Shown here one piece after another: positions 22,012 to 32,572 of a stretch of DNA of 64,000 nt. Numbering within the stretch: position 1 is the stretch's first letter; each line of letters opens with the position of its first letter. Origin of the DNA: an uncultured delta proteobacterium (GTDB taxonomy: Bacteria > Desulfobacterota > Desulfobacteria > Desulfobacterales > Desulfosalsimonadaceae); NCBI GenBank assembly GCA_963826785.1, contig CAWGYD010000005.1, positions 64,001-128,000 of the forward strand, in the 5' to 3' direction. The position numbers were made by a program, and so were the translations under genes. Below the pieces are notes generated by a model. It made no database searches, was not told the origin of the DNA, and saw only the letters and a list, made by a program, of their open reading frames with translations.

Positions 22012-22287
22012 TTATTTATTGACCCGTTCCCTGAGTTCTTTGCCGCACTTGAAGAAAGGCAGCTTCTTGGGCTGAATCATTACCTTTTCACCGGTCTTGG
22101 GATTACGGCCCACATAGCTTTTGTAATTTTTGACAAAAAAACTGCAAAGGCCGCGGATTTCAATTCGTTCATCTTCGATCAGGGCGTCGGACATGGAATC
22201 GAAAAATATCTGCACCACCTTTGCCGCTTCGGATTTTGAAATGTCCGCTTCCTTTTTAAGAGCTGAAATGAGCTCCAGTTTGTTCAT
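22012..22287 (-). CDS. ihfB: Integration host factor beta / HU-family DNA-binding protein
   Basis: MNKLELISALKKEA..RIEIRGLCSFFVK..GRNPKTGEKV..KKLPFFKCGKELRERV; RBS ggagg before ATG 22287. Confidence 0.85.
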   Translation of the reverse strand: MNKLELISALKKEADISKSEAAKVVQIFFDSMSDALIEDERIEIRGLCSFFVKNYKSYVGRNPKTGEKVMIQPKKLPFFKCGKELRERVNK

Positions 22288-22556
22288 ACTGCCTCCTGTT
22301 TTACGTGAATATCCTCGGTGATATGCTGGATAAGCGCACATGTTTCTAAACGGGGGCGCTGCCCCCGGCAACATTTTTAACGGCCGGCAATTTTGCCTTC
22401 TTCCGGTCAGCCATAAATGCCGGTAACATTCGGTATTGCCTATAATTAAATATAAATTTATAGAAAGTCAAGGGGTTATATAAATATTATCATCATGCGG
22501 GGATCGGATTTCAGATAAATGCCAAAAGTTCCGTTGTTTACCAGTGGCCCCACCCG

Positions 22557-24822
22557 TCAGAGGGTGTTTCCGATGCCACCCAACCCGAGCAGATTGACCA
22601 TCAGCCCGAACCGGCGGTCGTCTTCTTTGTCTTCCACAAAGACGTCCACTCCCCAGCATTGTGCGGTATACAGCAGGCCGATCCCTTTTTCAATATCGAT
22701 GCCGTCTTCCAGGTTCCGTTCATATTTCCCGTACAGCCGGATGCGGCGGGTGATCAACTTGCTGAAGTTGAGGTAAATGGACTGACTGACGTCTTTTTCA
22801 TACCGGTGCTCCACCAGGAGGTAATCTCCGGTAAGAAAGGCCATGCGGCCGTAGATATTATGGGTGATCAGGTCCCCCTGATCATGGCTCCACTGCGCAT
22901 CGGCATGAAGGGTTAACAGATGAGCAGGGGTGACGTCAAGCTCGAAATACAGCGGGCGGAAGGGGTCGGTGCCCTCCGGATCATCCGGTTTGAAATCATA
23001 GGGTTGTTCGACCCGAATGCGGCATAACTGGTCATACTGATAAATGGGCGCGCCGCCGATTGCCGGCCGTTCAGGCAACGGCGCCAGCGTTCTGGCGGTA
23101 AAGAGCTGGGTCAGTGAGAAGGTGAGCAGGTTTAGGCTTTCCAGCCGGTCGGTTTCATCAAAAAACGGAAATTCGGATTGATCTGTTTTGGGAACATAGA
23201 AATATGATATTTGTGGAATCAGGGTATGCTTGATTTTATCGATGGACCATCGGTCGACCTCATATATTCCGGCCATTTCCGTGGAGAGGTCCGCCCCCAG
23301 GTCGTAAGTTTCCCGGTGTTGTAAGGCGGCATCATCCATGTCCTGTGAGTCGGTGTCGTCTTGATCCACATACCAGGCGGTTTGGCGGAAACCCGCCGAG
23401 GGTTCGAATGCGACGAATCGTTCTAAAGGACAGGGGAAGATACAGCCGGGGGTAGATATCAGTCCGCTGTCCATCGAGGCCGTCTTTTCGAAAGAAATTC
23501 GTATAGCCCGATTCCAGTTCGTAAAAGACCGGAGACCGGCCGATGGGCTGCTTTAAGGTGGCAAATGAAATCCGCGGCAGGCGCTGGAGCGTATCGTCGG
23601 GCAGGTCCTGAGTCCGATCGATCACGTTGTCATACCAGATCACATCGGCATCGAAGCTGGCCGTGGACCATGTCCGGTTGATGGACGCGCTGTTCTGGCG
23701 GACCGGATCATTTTCATCATCGAGATCCCGGCCGTACTCGGATACAAAATAATCCCGGGTGGCGTTATAACCGGTATATCCGCTGTCGAATTCCCGCAGG
23801 TAATCCTGATCGCTGACGATATCGATGTCCATCTTGAGCTGTGCTTCAAGGGGCAGTTCCTGATTGGCCTTGGCCCTGAACCAGTACCGGTCCGAATTGG
23901 TGCGAAGAACCTTGTCCTGCGGGTACCCCCAGTTATCACTGGCATCACCGATGCCGTCGTCGATTTTCTCGTCATCTAAATAGTCCGCCATCAGGGTGCC
24001 CAATGATCCGGGCGAAAGCGCATAGCGGTATTCGGCGCCGTATTTCAGGCCCCGCGCCTCGAGATAGTGGAGGTAGAAAGTGGCATCGGTGCTGCGGTTG
24101 ATGGCCCAGAAATACGGCTGTATGTATTCGGCGCCATTTCGGTTCGAATATCCCAATTGAGGCGGCAACAGGCCGGACTGCCGCCTCTGCTTGACCGGAA
24201 ACAGAAAATAAGGAACATAGGCGACGGGCAGCTGTTTGGCCCATAGGGTGGCATGTTTCAGGGTGCCGTAGGACTCCAGGGTGACATCGAGGTCCCTGCC
24301 GGTGATTTCCCAGGCCGGGTGATCCCCATCGCAGGTGGTCAGGCTTCCCCGATCGATGGTGTAGCTTTGTTTTCCGGTTTTGCGGATCTCGTTTCCACGG
24401 ATATAGAAATGTTTGCTTTCCACAAAAATGGTGCCATCATAGATCACGCCGGTGGCGGTATCCAGGTTGATTTCGACCCGGTCGCCAGTGAGAAAATCTT
24501 TGCCCACACTCAGCCGGACATTTTTTTCCGCTACGGCTTCCATCGTGTCCCGGTTGAATCGGACCACATCGGCGGCAAGGGTTTTATCGCTTTGGGTGAT
24601 AATCACGTTGCCGGTAGCGGTGAATATGTTCGTATCCTGGTCATAGGCGACCCGGTCTGCCGTCAGCCGCCAGGGCATGCCTGCCGTCGAAGGGGCGGGA
24701 GGGGCGGTATCGGTCGGGGTGGATGCCGGGCATGATCCCGGCTGAACCAGAAAGATCAGCAATGCGGCAATAAAAAAGATGCACCGGGGTAAACAATATA
24801 TTGGGAGATGCCTCAGATGCAT
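22557..24822 (-). CDS. lptD: LPS-assembly protein LptD (+1 frameshift near 23420)
   Basis: Signal peptide, OstA-like N-terminus (LTADRVAYD, ATGNVII), TTCDGDHPAW, RRQSGLLPPQLGYS, C-terminal YTAQCWG..LLGLG. Pieces 23332-24972 and 22557-23474 join with one extra base. Confidence 0.88.
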
Positions 24823-25011
24823 TCGATTTTGATCCGTCCTCTGGGGATTGCCTGAAACAGAGCGCCCGCCGCTTCCGGCGGGCTGCGGGAAGAGATGCCC
24901 TGTTTTCCCGGTTTGGGGAAGAATACCTTGATGAACCCATAAATTTCCAGTATAAAATCGTCCAACACCCAAAAAGTCAAACGAAAATCGTCCTTCAAGG
25001 GGAAGGCAGAA

Positions 25012-25968
25012 GTGAAAAAGACATTTATTGAACTGATCAAGCCGGGCGATGCGGTGGACGATCTTTTCGTTTTGTCAGAAAAGGTAATGTCGCGCAAAAA
25101 GGATGGCGGCAGCTTCATCAGCATCATGCTCACGGACAGGACCGGAAAGCTCAAGGGCGTTATCTGGGATGATGTGGATCAGTTCAGCACAAGTCCGGTC
25201 TGTGGCGATTTCGTTCACGTCCGGGGAAGCGTTTCAGAATACCGGGGGGTGCCCCAGCTGGTGATCAAGTCCATGATCGTCCACCCTTCCGATGCAGTGC
25301 AGCTCGCGGATTTTCTTCCGGCCACCCGGAGAAACGTGGATGCCATGATGGGGCGCCTGCTGAAACTCACCGACAGCATCCAGACACCGGAGATCAAATC
25401 GCTGCTGTATGAATTCTGGGGGGATGAAGCCTTTCTCGTCAGGTTCAAATCCGCTCCGGCCGCCAAAAGGATGCATCACGCATACCTGGGCGGTTTGCTG
25501 GAGCACACCCTTTCCCTGGCCATTCTATCCGACCGGGTGGCGGACCACTACACCGGGATCGACCGGGACCTGCTGATGGCCGGCGCCATGCTGCACGACA
25601 TCGGCAAAATCGAAGAGTTCAAGTACGATGTACGCATCGATTACTCAGATGCCGGCCGGTTGATCAGCCATATTGTGATCGGAGTGGGCATGGTCGAAAA
25701 AAAAATATCGGCTATGGACAATTTCCCCGAAAAGCTCGCGCTTTTGTTGAAACACATGGTCGTCAGCCATCATGGACAAAAGGAACTCGGATCGCCGGAG
25801 ACGCCAAAGACCCTTGAAGCGGTTTTGCTGAATTACCTGGATGAAATCGATTCCAAGATCAACGGCATCCGTGAATTTATGGAATCCCAGGACGCAAACG
25901 AAGACTGGACAAGCTATCACCGGCCCCTGGAGCGGTTTTTCTACAAGGGGGGATTGAAAAGTGAATGA
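25012..25968 (+). CDS. yhaM: OB-fold + HD-domain 3'-5' exoribonuclease (YhaM-like)
   Basis: LTDRTGKLKGVIWD, PAAKRMHHAYLGGLLEHT, LHDIGK, SHHG. Confidence 0.88.
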   Translation: MKKTFIELIKPGDAVDDLFVLSEKVMSRKKDGGSFISIMLTDRTGKLKGVIWDDVDQFSTSPVCGDFVHVRGSVSEYRGVPQLVIKSMIVHPSDAVQLADFLPATRRNVDAMMGRLLKLTDSIQTPEIKSLLYEFWGDEAFLVRFKSAPAAKRMHHAYLGGLLEHTLSLAILSDRVADHYTGIDRDLLMAGAMLHDIGKIEEFKYDVRIDYSDAGRLISHIVIGVGMVEKKISAMDNFPEKLALLLKHMVVSHHGQKELGSPETPKTLEAVLLNYLDEIDSKINGIREFMESQDANEDWTSYHRPLERFFYKGGLKSE

Positions 25969-25996
25969 TGTCCCTTTAATGGATTTGTGATGATTC

Positions 25997-26641
25997 ATGT
26001 TTATCTCATTTGAAGGGGGAGAAGGCTCCGGGAAAACCACCCAGATCCGTGCGGTCGCCGACCGGCTGGCCGAATCGGGGCATGATTGCGTGGTGACCAA
26101 GGAACCGGGGGGGACCGTCATCGGTGAAAAAATACGGGCCATCCTTTTGAGTCCCGGAACCGGTGCGCTCGATCCCGTGACCGAACTTTTGCTGTATGCC
26201 GCGGACCGGAATCAGCACGTCCGGGAAATGATCCAGCCAATGCTCGCGGCGGGAAAGATCGTCCTGTGCGACCGCTTTCTCGATTCCACCCGCGTTTACC
26301 AGGGATTTGCCCGGGGCCTTGACAAAAAGCTCATTGACCGTTTAAACGATCTGGTCCTGGGCCTGTTGCGGCCGGATCTCACCTTTTTGCTCGATATTAA
26401 ACCCGAGGAAGGGCTCAAACGGGTCTGGCGCCAGGTGGAAAGCGGGGGGCGCCCGGTGGATGAGACCCGGTTTGAAAATGAGCGGCTCTTGTTTCACCAA
26501 AAGGTTAGAAACGGATACCTGGAACTGTCTTTTCAGGAACCGGACCGTTTCGTGGTCATCGATGCCGCCGGCAGTCCCGACCAGGTCTTCAATGCGATCT
26601 GGGAAAAGATCGCCTCCTTTTTAACCGATTCGAGCGCGTGA
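25997..26641 (+). CDS. tmk: Thymidylate kinase
   Basis: FISFEGGEGSGKTTQ, KEPGGT, LLYAADR, CDRFLDSTRVYQG, PDLTFLLD. Confidence 0.96.
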   Translation: MFISFEGGEGSGKTTQIRAVADRLAESGHDCVVTKEPGGTVIGEKIRAILLSPGTGALDPVTELLLYAADRNQHVREMIQPMLAAGKIVLCDRFLDSTRVYQGFARGLDKKLIDRLNDLVLGLLRPDLTFLLDIKPEEGLKRVWRQVESGGRPVDETRFENERLLFHQKVRNGYLELSFQEPDRFVVIDAAGSPDQVFNAIWEKIASFLTDSSA

Positions 26642-26702
26642 TTGTGCACGCGCATCAGCGCAATACCCGCGGCATTTATCGCCGTGTCCAAGGATAATTT
26701 CG

Positions 26703-28967
26703 ATGGCAGACTCAATCCTCGATACCATCGGCAATACGCCCATGGTGGAAATCCGGCGGCTGAACCCCAATCCGGATGTGAAAATACTGGCAAAGCTGGA
26801 GTATTTCAATCCCGGCGGGTCTATCAAGGACCGGCCGGCCCTGTATATGATCGAAGATGGCGAAAGATCCGGCCGGCTCACGAAAGACAAGATCGTCATC
26901 GAGGCCACCAGCGGCAATACCGGCATCGGCCTGGCACTGATCTGTTCCGTGAAAGGGTACCGGCTCCTGTTGGCCATGTCCGAGGCGGCCAGCATCGAGC
27001 GGCGCAAGATCCTCATCGCCCGGGGCGCCGAAATTCTGCTCACCCCCGGCCATCTGGGAACCGACGGGGCCATCGAGGAAGTCTATCGTCTGGTCCGTGA
27101 AAATCCGGACACCTATTTCATGTCGGACCAGTACAACAACCCGGCCAACTGGAAAGCGCATTACCACGGCACCGCCGGGGAAATCATCGCCCAGACCGGC
27201 GGAAAGGTGGATGCGATTGTCGCCACCATGGGAACCACCGGCACAGTGATGGGCCTGGCCAAGCGCTTTTCGGAATATGACCCTAAAGTGAAAATCATCG
27301 GGGTAGAGCCCTACCTGGGCCATAAGCTCCAGGGCCTGAAAAATCTCAAGGAAGCCTATTGCCCTGAGATATTTCAAAAAAATCTGCTAAGTGCCAAGGT
27401 CAATATCGATGATGAAGAGGCCTTTGAGATGACCCGGCGCCTTGGGCGGGAGGAGGGGCTTTTCGTCGGCATGAGCAGCGGTGCGGCCATGGTGATTGCC
27501 GCGCAGGAGGCCCGGAACATGACCTCGGGAACCATCGTGGTGATCTTCCCGGACAACGGGGAGAGGTATTTGAGCACCCCGCTGTTTTCGGTGAAAAAGA
27601 AGGTCGACATCCGGCTGTTTAACTCCATGAGCCGCAAAAAAGAGCCACTTGAGCCGATCCAGCCGGGGCGGGTCTCCATTTATTCCTGCGGCCCCACCGC
27701 GGATTCCCGGATGCACCTGGGCGAGTGCCGGCGCTTTGTGTTTTCGGATCTGCTGTCCCGGTACCTGGGCTACCGCGGGTATGCCGTCAACCACATCATG
27801 AACATCACCGATTACGACGACAAAACCATCCTCGGATCCGAGCGGGCCGGTAAGGCACTGGCAGAATTTACCCAGGAGTACATCGATCTTTTCAAGGCCG
27901 ACCTCGAAGCACTCCGGATCAAGCCTGCGGACCAGTATCCCCGGGCCAGCGAACACATCAATGACATGGTCGACCTGGCCAAGCAGCTGACGGCCAGAGG
28001 ATCGGCATACGAGAAGCTGCGCTCCCTCTATTTTTCCATTGCGTCATTTCCGGAATACGGCAGGCTTTCAGGGATCGACCTGGAGAAAATCAAGCTGGGG
28101 GCCACCGTGGATCTGGACGAATACGAAAAAAACAACCCCCGGGATTTCACCCTGTTCAAGCGGGCCAAGCTGTCGGAGCTGAAAAGGGGCATCTACGTCA
28201 AGACCGAATGGGGAAATGTCCGCCCCTCGTGGCATATCCAGTGTGCCGCCATGGCCATGAAATATCTCGGCGAGCGCTACGATATTCATACCAGCAGCCG
28301 TGATCTGATTTTTCCGCACCATGAAAACGAACTGGCCATTGCAAAGGCGGTCTCGGGAAAATCCATGGTGAAATACTGGATCCATTGCGAACAGGTCCAG
28401 GTGGAAAACAGCAACGGGCTGCCGGAGATCGGAGAGGTGTTCGGTGACGGTATCACGCCAAGAGAAATCCGCTTCTGGATGATTTCAGGGCATTACCGTA
28501 AGCCGATCACGTTTTCCAAGCAGCGGCTGGTGCAGGCCCGCAGTGCACTGAAGCGCCTGGACACCTGTATTCAAGCATTGATGAAGGTGAAGGGCGGCAA
28601 AGGCTGCCCGGAATCTGATCAGCTGGCCTACGACATCAAGCAGGGGTTCATCAACGCCATGGATGACGACCTGAATCTTCCCCAGGCCATGGCCGTCATC
28701 TATAAAAAGATCAAGGAGATCAATACGCTGGTCAGCGAGGGCCAATTCAGCGAAGATGACGCCCGGAAGGTAATCGCCGCATTTGAAAATATCGACCAGG
28801 TACTTAACATATTTGATTTTGAGCCCGGCGAAGCCGACCCTCGGGCCCGGTCCCTGCGTGAAGAAAGGCAGGCGGCCCGTAAAGCGAAGGATTTTGACCG
28901 GGCCGATGCCATACGGGCGGAACTCGAGGCCCTTGGGATCGAGGTCCATGACGATAAATTGCCTTAA
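26703..28967 (+). CDS. Fusion of CysM-like PLP cysteine synthase (aa 1-~297) and degenerate cysteinyl-tRNA synthetase-like domain (aa ~303-754)
   Basis: N-terminal: IGNTP, NPGGSIKDR (PLP Lys), EATSGNTG, MGTTGT, FPDNGERYLS. C-terminal: YSCGPT, NITDYDDK, RPSWHIQC, FPHHENE, HYRKP, AMDDDLN, DFDRADAIRAEL. One continuous 754-aa ORF. Confidence 0.93.
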   Translation: MADSILDTIGNTPMVEIRRLNPNPDVKILAKLEYFNPGGSIKDRPALYMIEDGERSGRLTKDKIVIEATSGNTGIGLALICSVKGYRLLLAMSEAASIERRKILIARGAEILLTPGHLGTDGAIEEVYRLVRENPDTYFMSDQYNNPANWKAHYHGTAGEIIAQTGGKVDAIVATMGTTGTVMGLAKRFSEYDPKVKIIGVEPYLGHKLQGLKNLKEAYCPEIFQKNLLSAKVNIDDEEAFEMTRRLGREEGLFVGMSSGAAMVIAAQEARNMTSGTIVVIFPDNGERYLSTPLFSVKKKVDIRLFNSMSRKKEPLEPIQPGRVSIYSCGPTADSRMHLGECRRFVFSDLLSRYLGYRGYAVNHIMNITDYDDKTILGSERAGKALAEFTQEYIDLFKADLEALRIKPADQYPRASEHINDMVDLAKQLTARGSAYEKLRSLYFSIASFPEYGRLSGIDLEKIKLGATVDLDEYEKNNPRDFTLFKRAKLSELKRGIYVKTEWGNVRPSWHIQCAAMAMKYLGERYDIHTSSRDLIFPHHENELAIAKAVSGKSMVKYWIHCEQVQVENSNGLPEIGEVFGDGITPREIRFWMISGHYRKPITFSKQRLVQARSALKRLDTCIQALMKVKGGKGCPESDQLAYDIKQGFINAMDDDLNLPQAMAVIYKKIKEINTLVSEGQFSEDDARKVIAAFENIDQVLNIFDFEPGEADPRARSLREERQAARKAKDFDRADAIRAELEALGIEVHDDKLP

Positions 28968-29012
28968 ACGTCAACAATACCGATGAAACTGCAGAGAACA
29001 GGCATAATTTAA

Positions 29013-29948
29013 ATGAAACCCGCATACTTCCCATTTTCGTATATTCCGGAACCGGTTGCCGCCGCCATCCATGAATTTTTCGGCGGCGTGGTGGTATACC
29101 AGCCCAATGACCGATGCATTCCCGCATTGGCACGGCAGTTGGCCGATGCCGGCAAAGTAGAAATCCGGGTTCCGGTCACGGGTGACGAGGATCGATTATC
29201 CGCAAAGTTGGCCGAATACCATCAGTGGAGCAACATCCATGGAAAGAGTGCCGCCATGCTGGCCGCCCGGCCCGGAAAAGGGACCTATCCATCCGATTTT
29301 TCATCAAACATCAGTTCCGAGATTCTGGGTGAATCCGCTCAGGCGGATGAAAAAGCCGATCCCCTTTTTTCCGCGCGGTTGTTTTTGCAGACGGCCCAGC
29401 AGTTCGATCAGGATCAGGACGATATCGATCGGAAACTGGCCCATGCCGAGCGGTCCCGGAAAAATCTGCTGTCCGGTCTCGACGGACGGCCCGCCGACGC
29501 ATCCCTGGACCTGCCGTTTCCCGAGGAGGATGCCGGGGCGCTGATGACGCTCTCCCGGCTTTCCGCGTGGTGCCGGCTGGCAAATGAAGATGCCGCCATG
29601 CCGTTGGTTCTGGTCACCTCCAGCCGGGAGGTGGTGCGCCACATACAGGAAAAGTTTTCCGAAAAGCTCCGCACCATCGATGTTTTGTCATCGGGCGCAG
29701 GGGGAAATCTTGCCGAGGCAGTGAATAAAGCGCTTTTGGACCTGACGCAAATTCCGCGGGACGCCAAAACCCTTGAATTCCCCGCTTTTTCGGCAAACGT
29801 GAATGAAAACATTCAAATTCAGATGCTTATCATAGAGGACACATCCCCGGACCGATTCTGCCGCCTGTTCATCGATCCGGCGCAGCATCTTCCCGCACCC
29901 AAGGGGCCCAGTGCCCATATGGTGGTCTTCCTATTTTCGATAAAATGA
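29013..29948 (+). CDS. Hypothetical protein
   Basis: 311-aa ORF co-oriented 45 bp after the CysM-CysRS fusion; no motif recognised. Confidence 0.7.
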   Translation: MKPAYFPFSYIPEPVAAAIHEFFGGVVVYQPNDRCIPALARQLADAGKVEIRVPVTGDEDRLSAKLAEYHQWSNIHGKSAAMLAARPGKGTYPSDFSSNISSEILGESAQADEKADPLFSARLFLQTAQQFDQDQDDIDRKLAHAERSRKNLLSGLDGRPADASLDLPFPEEDAGALMTLSRLSAWCRLANEDAAMPLVLVTSSREVVRHIQEKFSEKLRTIDVLSSGAGGNLAEAVNKALLDLTQIPRDAKTLEFPAFSANVNENIQIQMLIIEDTSPDRFCRLFIDPAQHLPAPKGPSAHMVVFLFSIK

Positions 29949-30101
29949 TTAAAATGAATAAGAATTCTTGACTCCGGATTCCATTTGGGTTAAGGAAAAT
30001 TTCTTCGTATACCATGCCGGAGTGACATCCTGTCATTCGGGTTGAAATTCAACATATCATTGAATTCAGGGTAATTTATCAACAGGAAAGGAGAATGAGA
30101 G

Positions 30102-30290
30102 ATGGCTTTTAATCCGACCGTCGATTCGGACAAGTGTGAAGGTTGTGAAGAATGTGTAGACGTTTGCCCCGTGGAAGTATTTGAGATCCAGGACGGCAAA
30201 TCCGTACCGGTCAATGCCGAAGAATGCCTCGGCTGCGAAAGCTGCGTCGAAGTATGCGAGCCCGGCGCCATTACCGTTGAAGAAAGCTGA
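30102..30290 (+). CDS. 2[4Fe-4S] ferredoxin
   Basis: CEGCEECVDVCP and CLGCESCVEVCE; RBS aggag. Confidence 0.95.
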   Translation: MAFNPTVDSDKCEGCEECVDVCPVEVFEIQDGKSVPVNAEECLGCESCVEVCEPGAITVEES

Positions 30291-30303
30291 TTTTTGCGAT
30301 TGC

Positions 30304-30372
30304 GCTTCCCCGGTTGGATTCAATTTCCGTCCAAACCGGGGAAGCCGATTGCCGTTTGCCCCCCTGTTTTTC
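30304..30372 (+). terminator. Hairpin after ferredoxin (probable terminator or stabiliser)
   Basis: gcttccccggtt ... aaccggggaagc inverted repeat with a T-run further downstream. Confidence 0.5.
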
Positions 30373-30423
30373 TGATTTCACCCCGTCTTTCACCATTTCC
30401 TCAATCCACCATGCAAGACGCTC

Positions 30424-31704
30424 ATGATATCTGACTTTCCGGAAATGGCGCTGGTCCGGCAGCAACTCATCCGGTCTCGAATCGATGATCCGTCATTGGC
30501 ATTCCAGCAAAGCCTTGCGCTGATTTCAAACCGCATCGCTCTGAAAAAGGGACAGACCATCGCCATTGCGGTGGGCAGCCGGAAGATCGACCGGCTCGAT
30601 GCCGTGGTGAAGACCTGTGTAGATTTCTTGAAGGAGAAAGGCGCCCGGCCGTTTATCGTTCCGGCCATGGGAAGCCACGGCGGGGCCACTGCCGAGGGGC
30701 AGAAAAACATCCTGGCGGGCCTGAATATCACCGAAGCCGGAATGGGGGTTCCCATCGCCCCTGATATGGACACGGCCCGCATCGGCGCTATTGATGGCGT
30801 TAATCTGTATGTCGCCAAAACCGCTCTTTCTGCGGATCATATCGTTGTGATCAACCGGGTCAAACCCCATACGAAATTTGAAGCACCCATTGAAAGCGGT
30901 CTGTGCAAGATGCTGACCGTCGGCCTGGGAAAGGCCCAGGGAGCGGCCGAGTTCCACCGGGCCGCGATTTCCCGTTCGTTTGGCATCATCGAAACCGCCG
31001 CCCAACACCTGCTTGGACATCTCAAGCTGCTCTTTTGCATCGGCCTGGTCGAAGACGGCTGCGGACAGATGGCGCATATCGAAGCCGTGATGCCGGATCG
31101 GCTGATCGCAGCGGAAAAACAGCTGCTGATCCGCTCCAGGCAGATGCTGGCCCGCATACCGTTTGATCAGCTGGATATCCTCATCGTTGACTACATGGGC
31201 AAAAACATTTCCGGTATCGGCATGGATTCCAATGTGACCGGGCGGCACAGGGACCTTACGGGAGACATGTTTATGGCGCCCCATGTCAAGCGGATATTCG
31301 TCCGGGACCTTTCCCCCGCGTCGGACGGCAATGCCAACGGCATTGGCCTGGCGGATTTCACCACCGATCGTCTGGTGAATCGTCTGGACCGCAGAAAAAC
31401 GTTTGTCAACGCCATTACGGCCATCTCGCCGGAAAAAGCGGCCATCCCGATTCATTTTCCCACGGACCGTGAAAGCCTTTCAGCTTGTGCGAAGACCACC
31501 GGTGTCCAGTCCGTCAAGGAACTTCGCATGATCCGGATCACCCATACGGCAGACCTTGAATTCATGTCGGCCTCGCGCGCTCTTGAAAAGGAGATTCTAT
31601 CCAATCCCCATTTAATCCGCAAAAGTCCCTGGGCGCCCATGGCATTTGACGCAAATGGAAATCTGGAGGAGTTTTTACCGGATGAAAAAAGAATACCTGT
31701 ATAA
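30424..31704 (+). CDS. Lactate racemase (LarA) N-domain / DUF362-like protein
   Basis: IAIAVGSR, FIVPAMGSHGGATAEGQ, INRVKPHT, ESGLCKM, GKNISGIGMDSNV, GNANGIGLAD. Confidence 0.75.
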   Translation: MISDFPEMALVRQQLIRSRIDDPSLAFQQSLALISNRIALKKGQTIAIAVGSRKIDRLDAVVKTCVDFLKEKGARPFIVPAMGSHGGATAEGQKNILAGLNITEAGMGVPIAPDMDTARIGAIDGVNLYVAKTALSADHIVVINRVKPHTKFEAPIESGLCKMLTVGLGKAQGAAEFHRAAISRSFGIIETAAQHLLGHLKLLFCIGLVEDGCGQMAHIEAVMPDRLIAAEKQLLIRSRQMLARIPFDQLDILIVDYMGKNISGIGMDSNVTGRHRDLTGDMFMAPHVKRIFVRDLSPASDGNANGIGLADFTTDRLVNRLDRRKTFVNAITAISPEKAAIPIHFPTDRESLSACAKTTGVQSVKELRMIRITHTADLEFMSASRALEKEILSNPHLIRKSPWAPMAFDANGNLEEFLPDEKRIPV

Positions 31705-32236
31705 GTCGGGGGTTCAAACCCCCTATGGGCGGATCACCCTGACCTTTTACGTGGACCCGTTTGTTCTTAAAGAAATTTTGCTGCCCGGTGCGGCGCCGGA
31801 ATCTCGATGCCTTGATTTTCAAAAGGACGGTTCCGATCACGCCAAACTCGATGAGATGATCGGGCGGATCATGGAATGTATTGAGGGCAGAAACAGCCAA
31901 GACTTCTGGCAATACCTGAGTTTTGACGGGTTGAGCCCGCTTCAGGCGGAAGTTTTGAGAAAAGTGGCCCAGATCCCATACGGTGAATTGGCCACCTATA
32001 AGGATATCGCCGTGGCCATCGGGCGCCCCCGCGCCTGCCGGTTTGTGGGATCGGCGCTGGCGAAAAATCCATATCCGATCCTGATCCCCTGCCATCGGAT
32101 CATCCGCAGCGATCTGAGCATCGGCGGCTTCGGGGGCGGGACTGCCCTGAAGCAGAAGATGATCAATTATGAGCGGAGTTCAGCAGAAGCACGCATCTTG
32201 CGAAACCCGTCCGAATGTGATACGAGTCGGCCATGA
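31682..32236 (+). CDS. ogt: Methylated-DNA-protein-cysteine methyltransferase
   Basis: IPYGELATYKDIA, RFVGSALAKNP, active-site PCHR. Confidence 0.92.
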   Translation: MKKEYLYKSGVQTPYGRITLTFYVDPFVLKEILLPGAAPESRCLDFQKDGSDHAKLDEMIGRIMECIEGRNSQDFWQYLSFDGLSPLQAEVLRKVAQIPYGELATYKDIAVAIGRPRACRFVGSALAKNPYPILIPCHRIIRSDLSIGGFGGGTALKQKMINYERSSAEARILRNPSECDTSRP

Positions 32237-32565
32237 AACTCTACATCATCGATGAAATCAGAATTCACGACCACCAGAAGATCAAGGACTATCTGGACGC
32301 ACACCTCGGGCCTGCCGAGATGGGTAACATTTACTGGCTCCCTGTAGACCCTTCACTGTTCACCGAACTTCAGGCGGCGCACACGGATTGCCATCCGCTT
32401 TATTTCGCCCTCGAGTTGAATACGGATTCTATTGCCGCGGAATTTCTGGTCCGCACCCGGAATCGCCTCCGCTGCGATTGCATTGGAAACGCCACCCGGT
32501 CCCAGCGCGATTGGTTGATGGATTTCATGGACTCGATTTTCGAAAAACTTGAAATCCTCTGTTAG
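32233..32565 (+). CDS. Hypothetical protein
   Basis: 110-aa ORF coupled (ATGA overlap) to ogt; contains HTDCHP and LRCDCI. Confidence 0.7.
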   Translation: MKLYIIDEIRIHDHQKIKDYLDAHLGPAEMGNIYWLPVDPSLFTELQAAHTDCHPLYFALELNTDSIAAEFLVRTRNRLRCDCIGNATRSQRDWLMDFMDSIFEKLEILC

Positions 32566-32572
32566 GACAATC

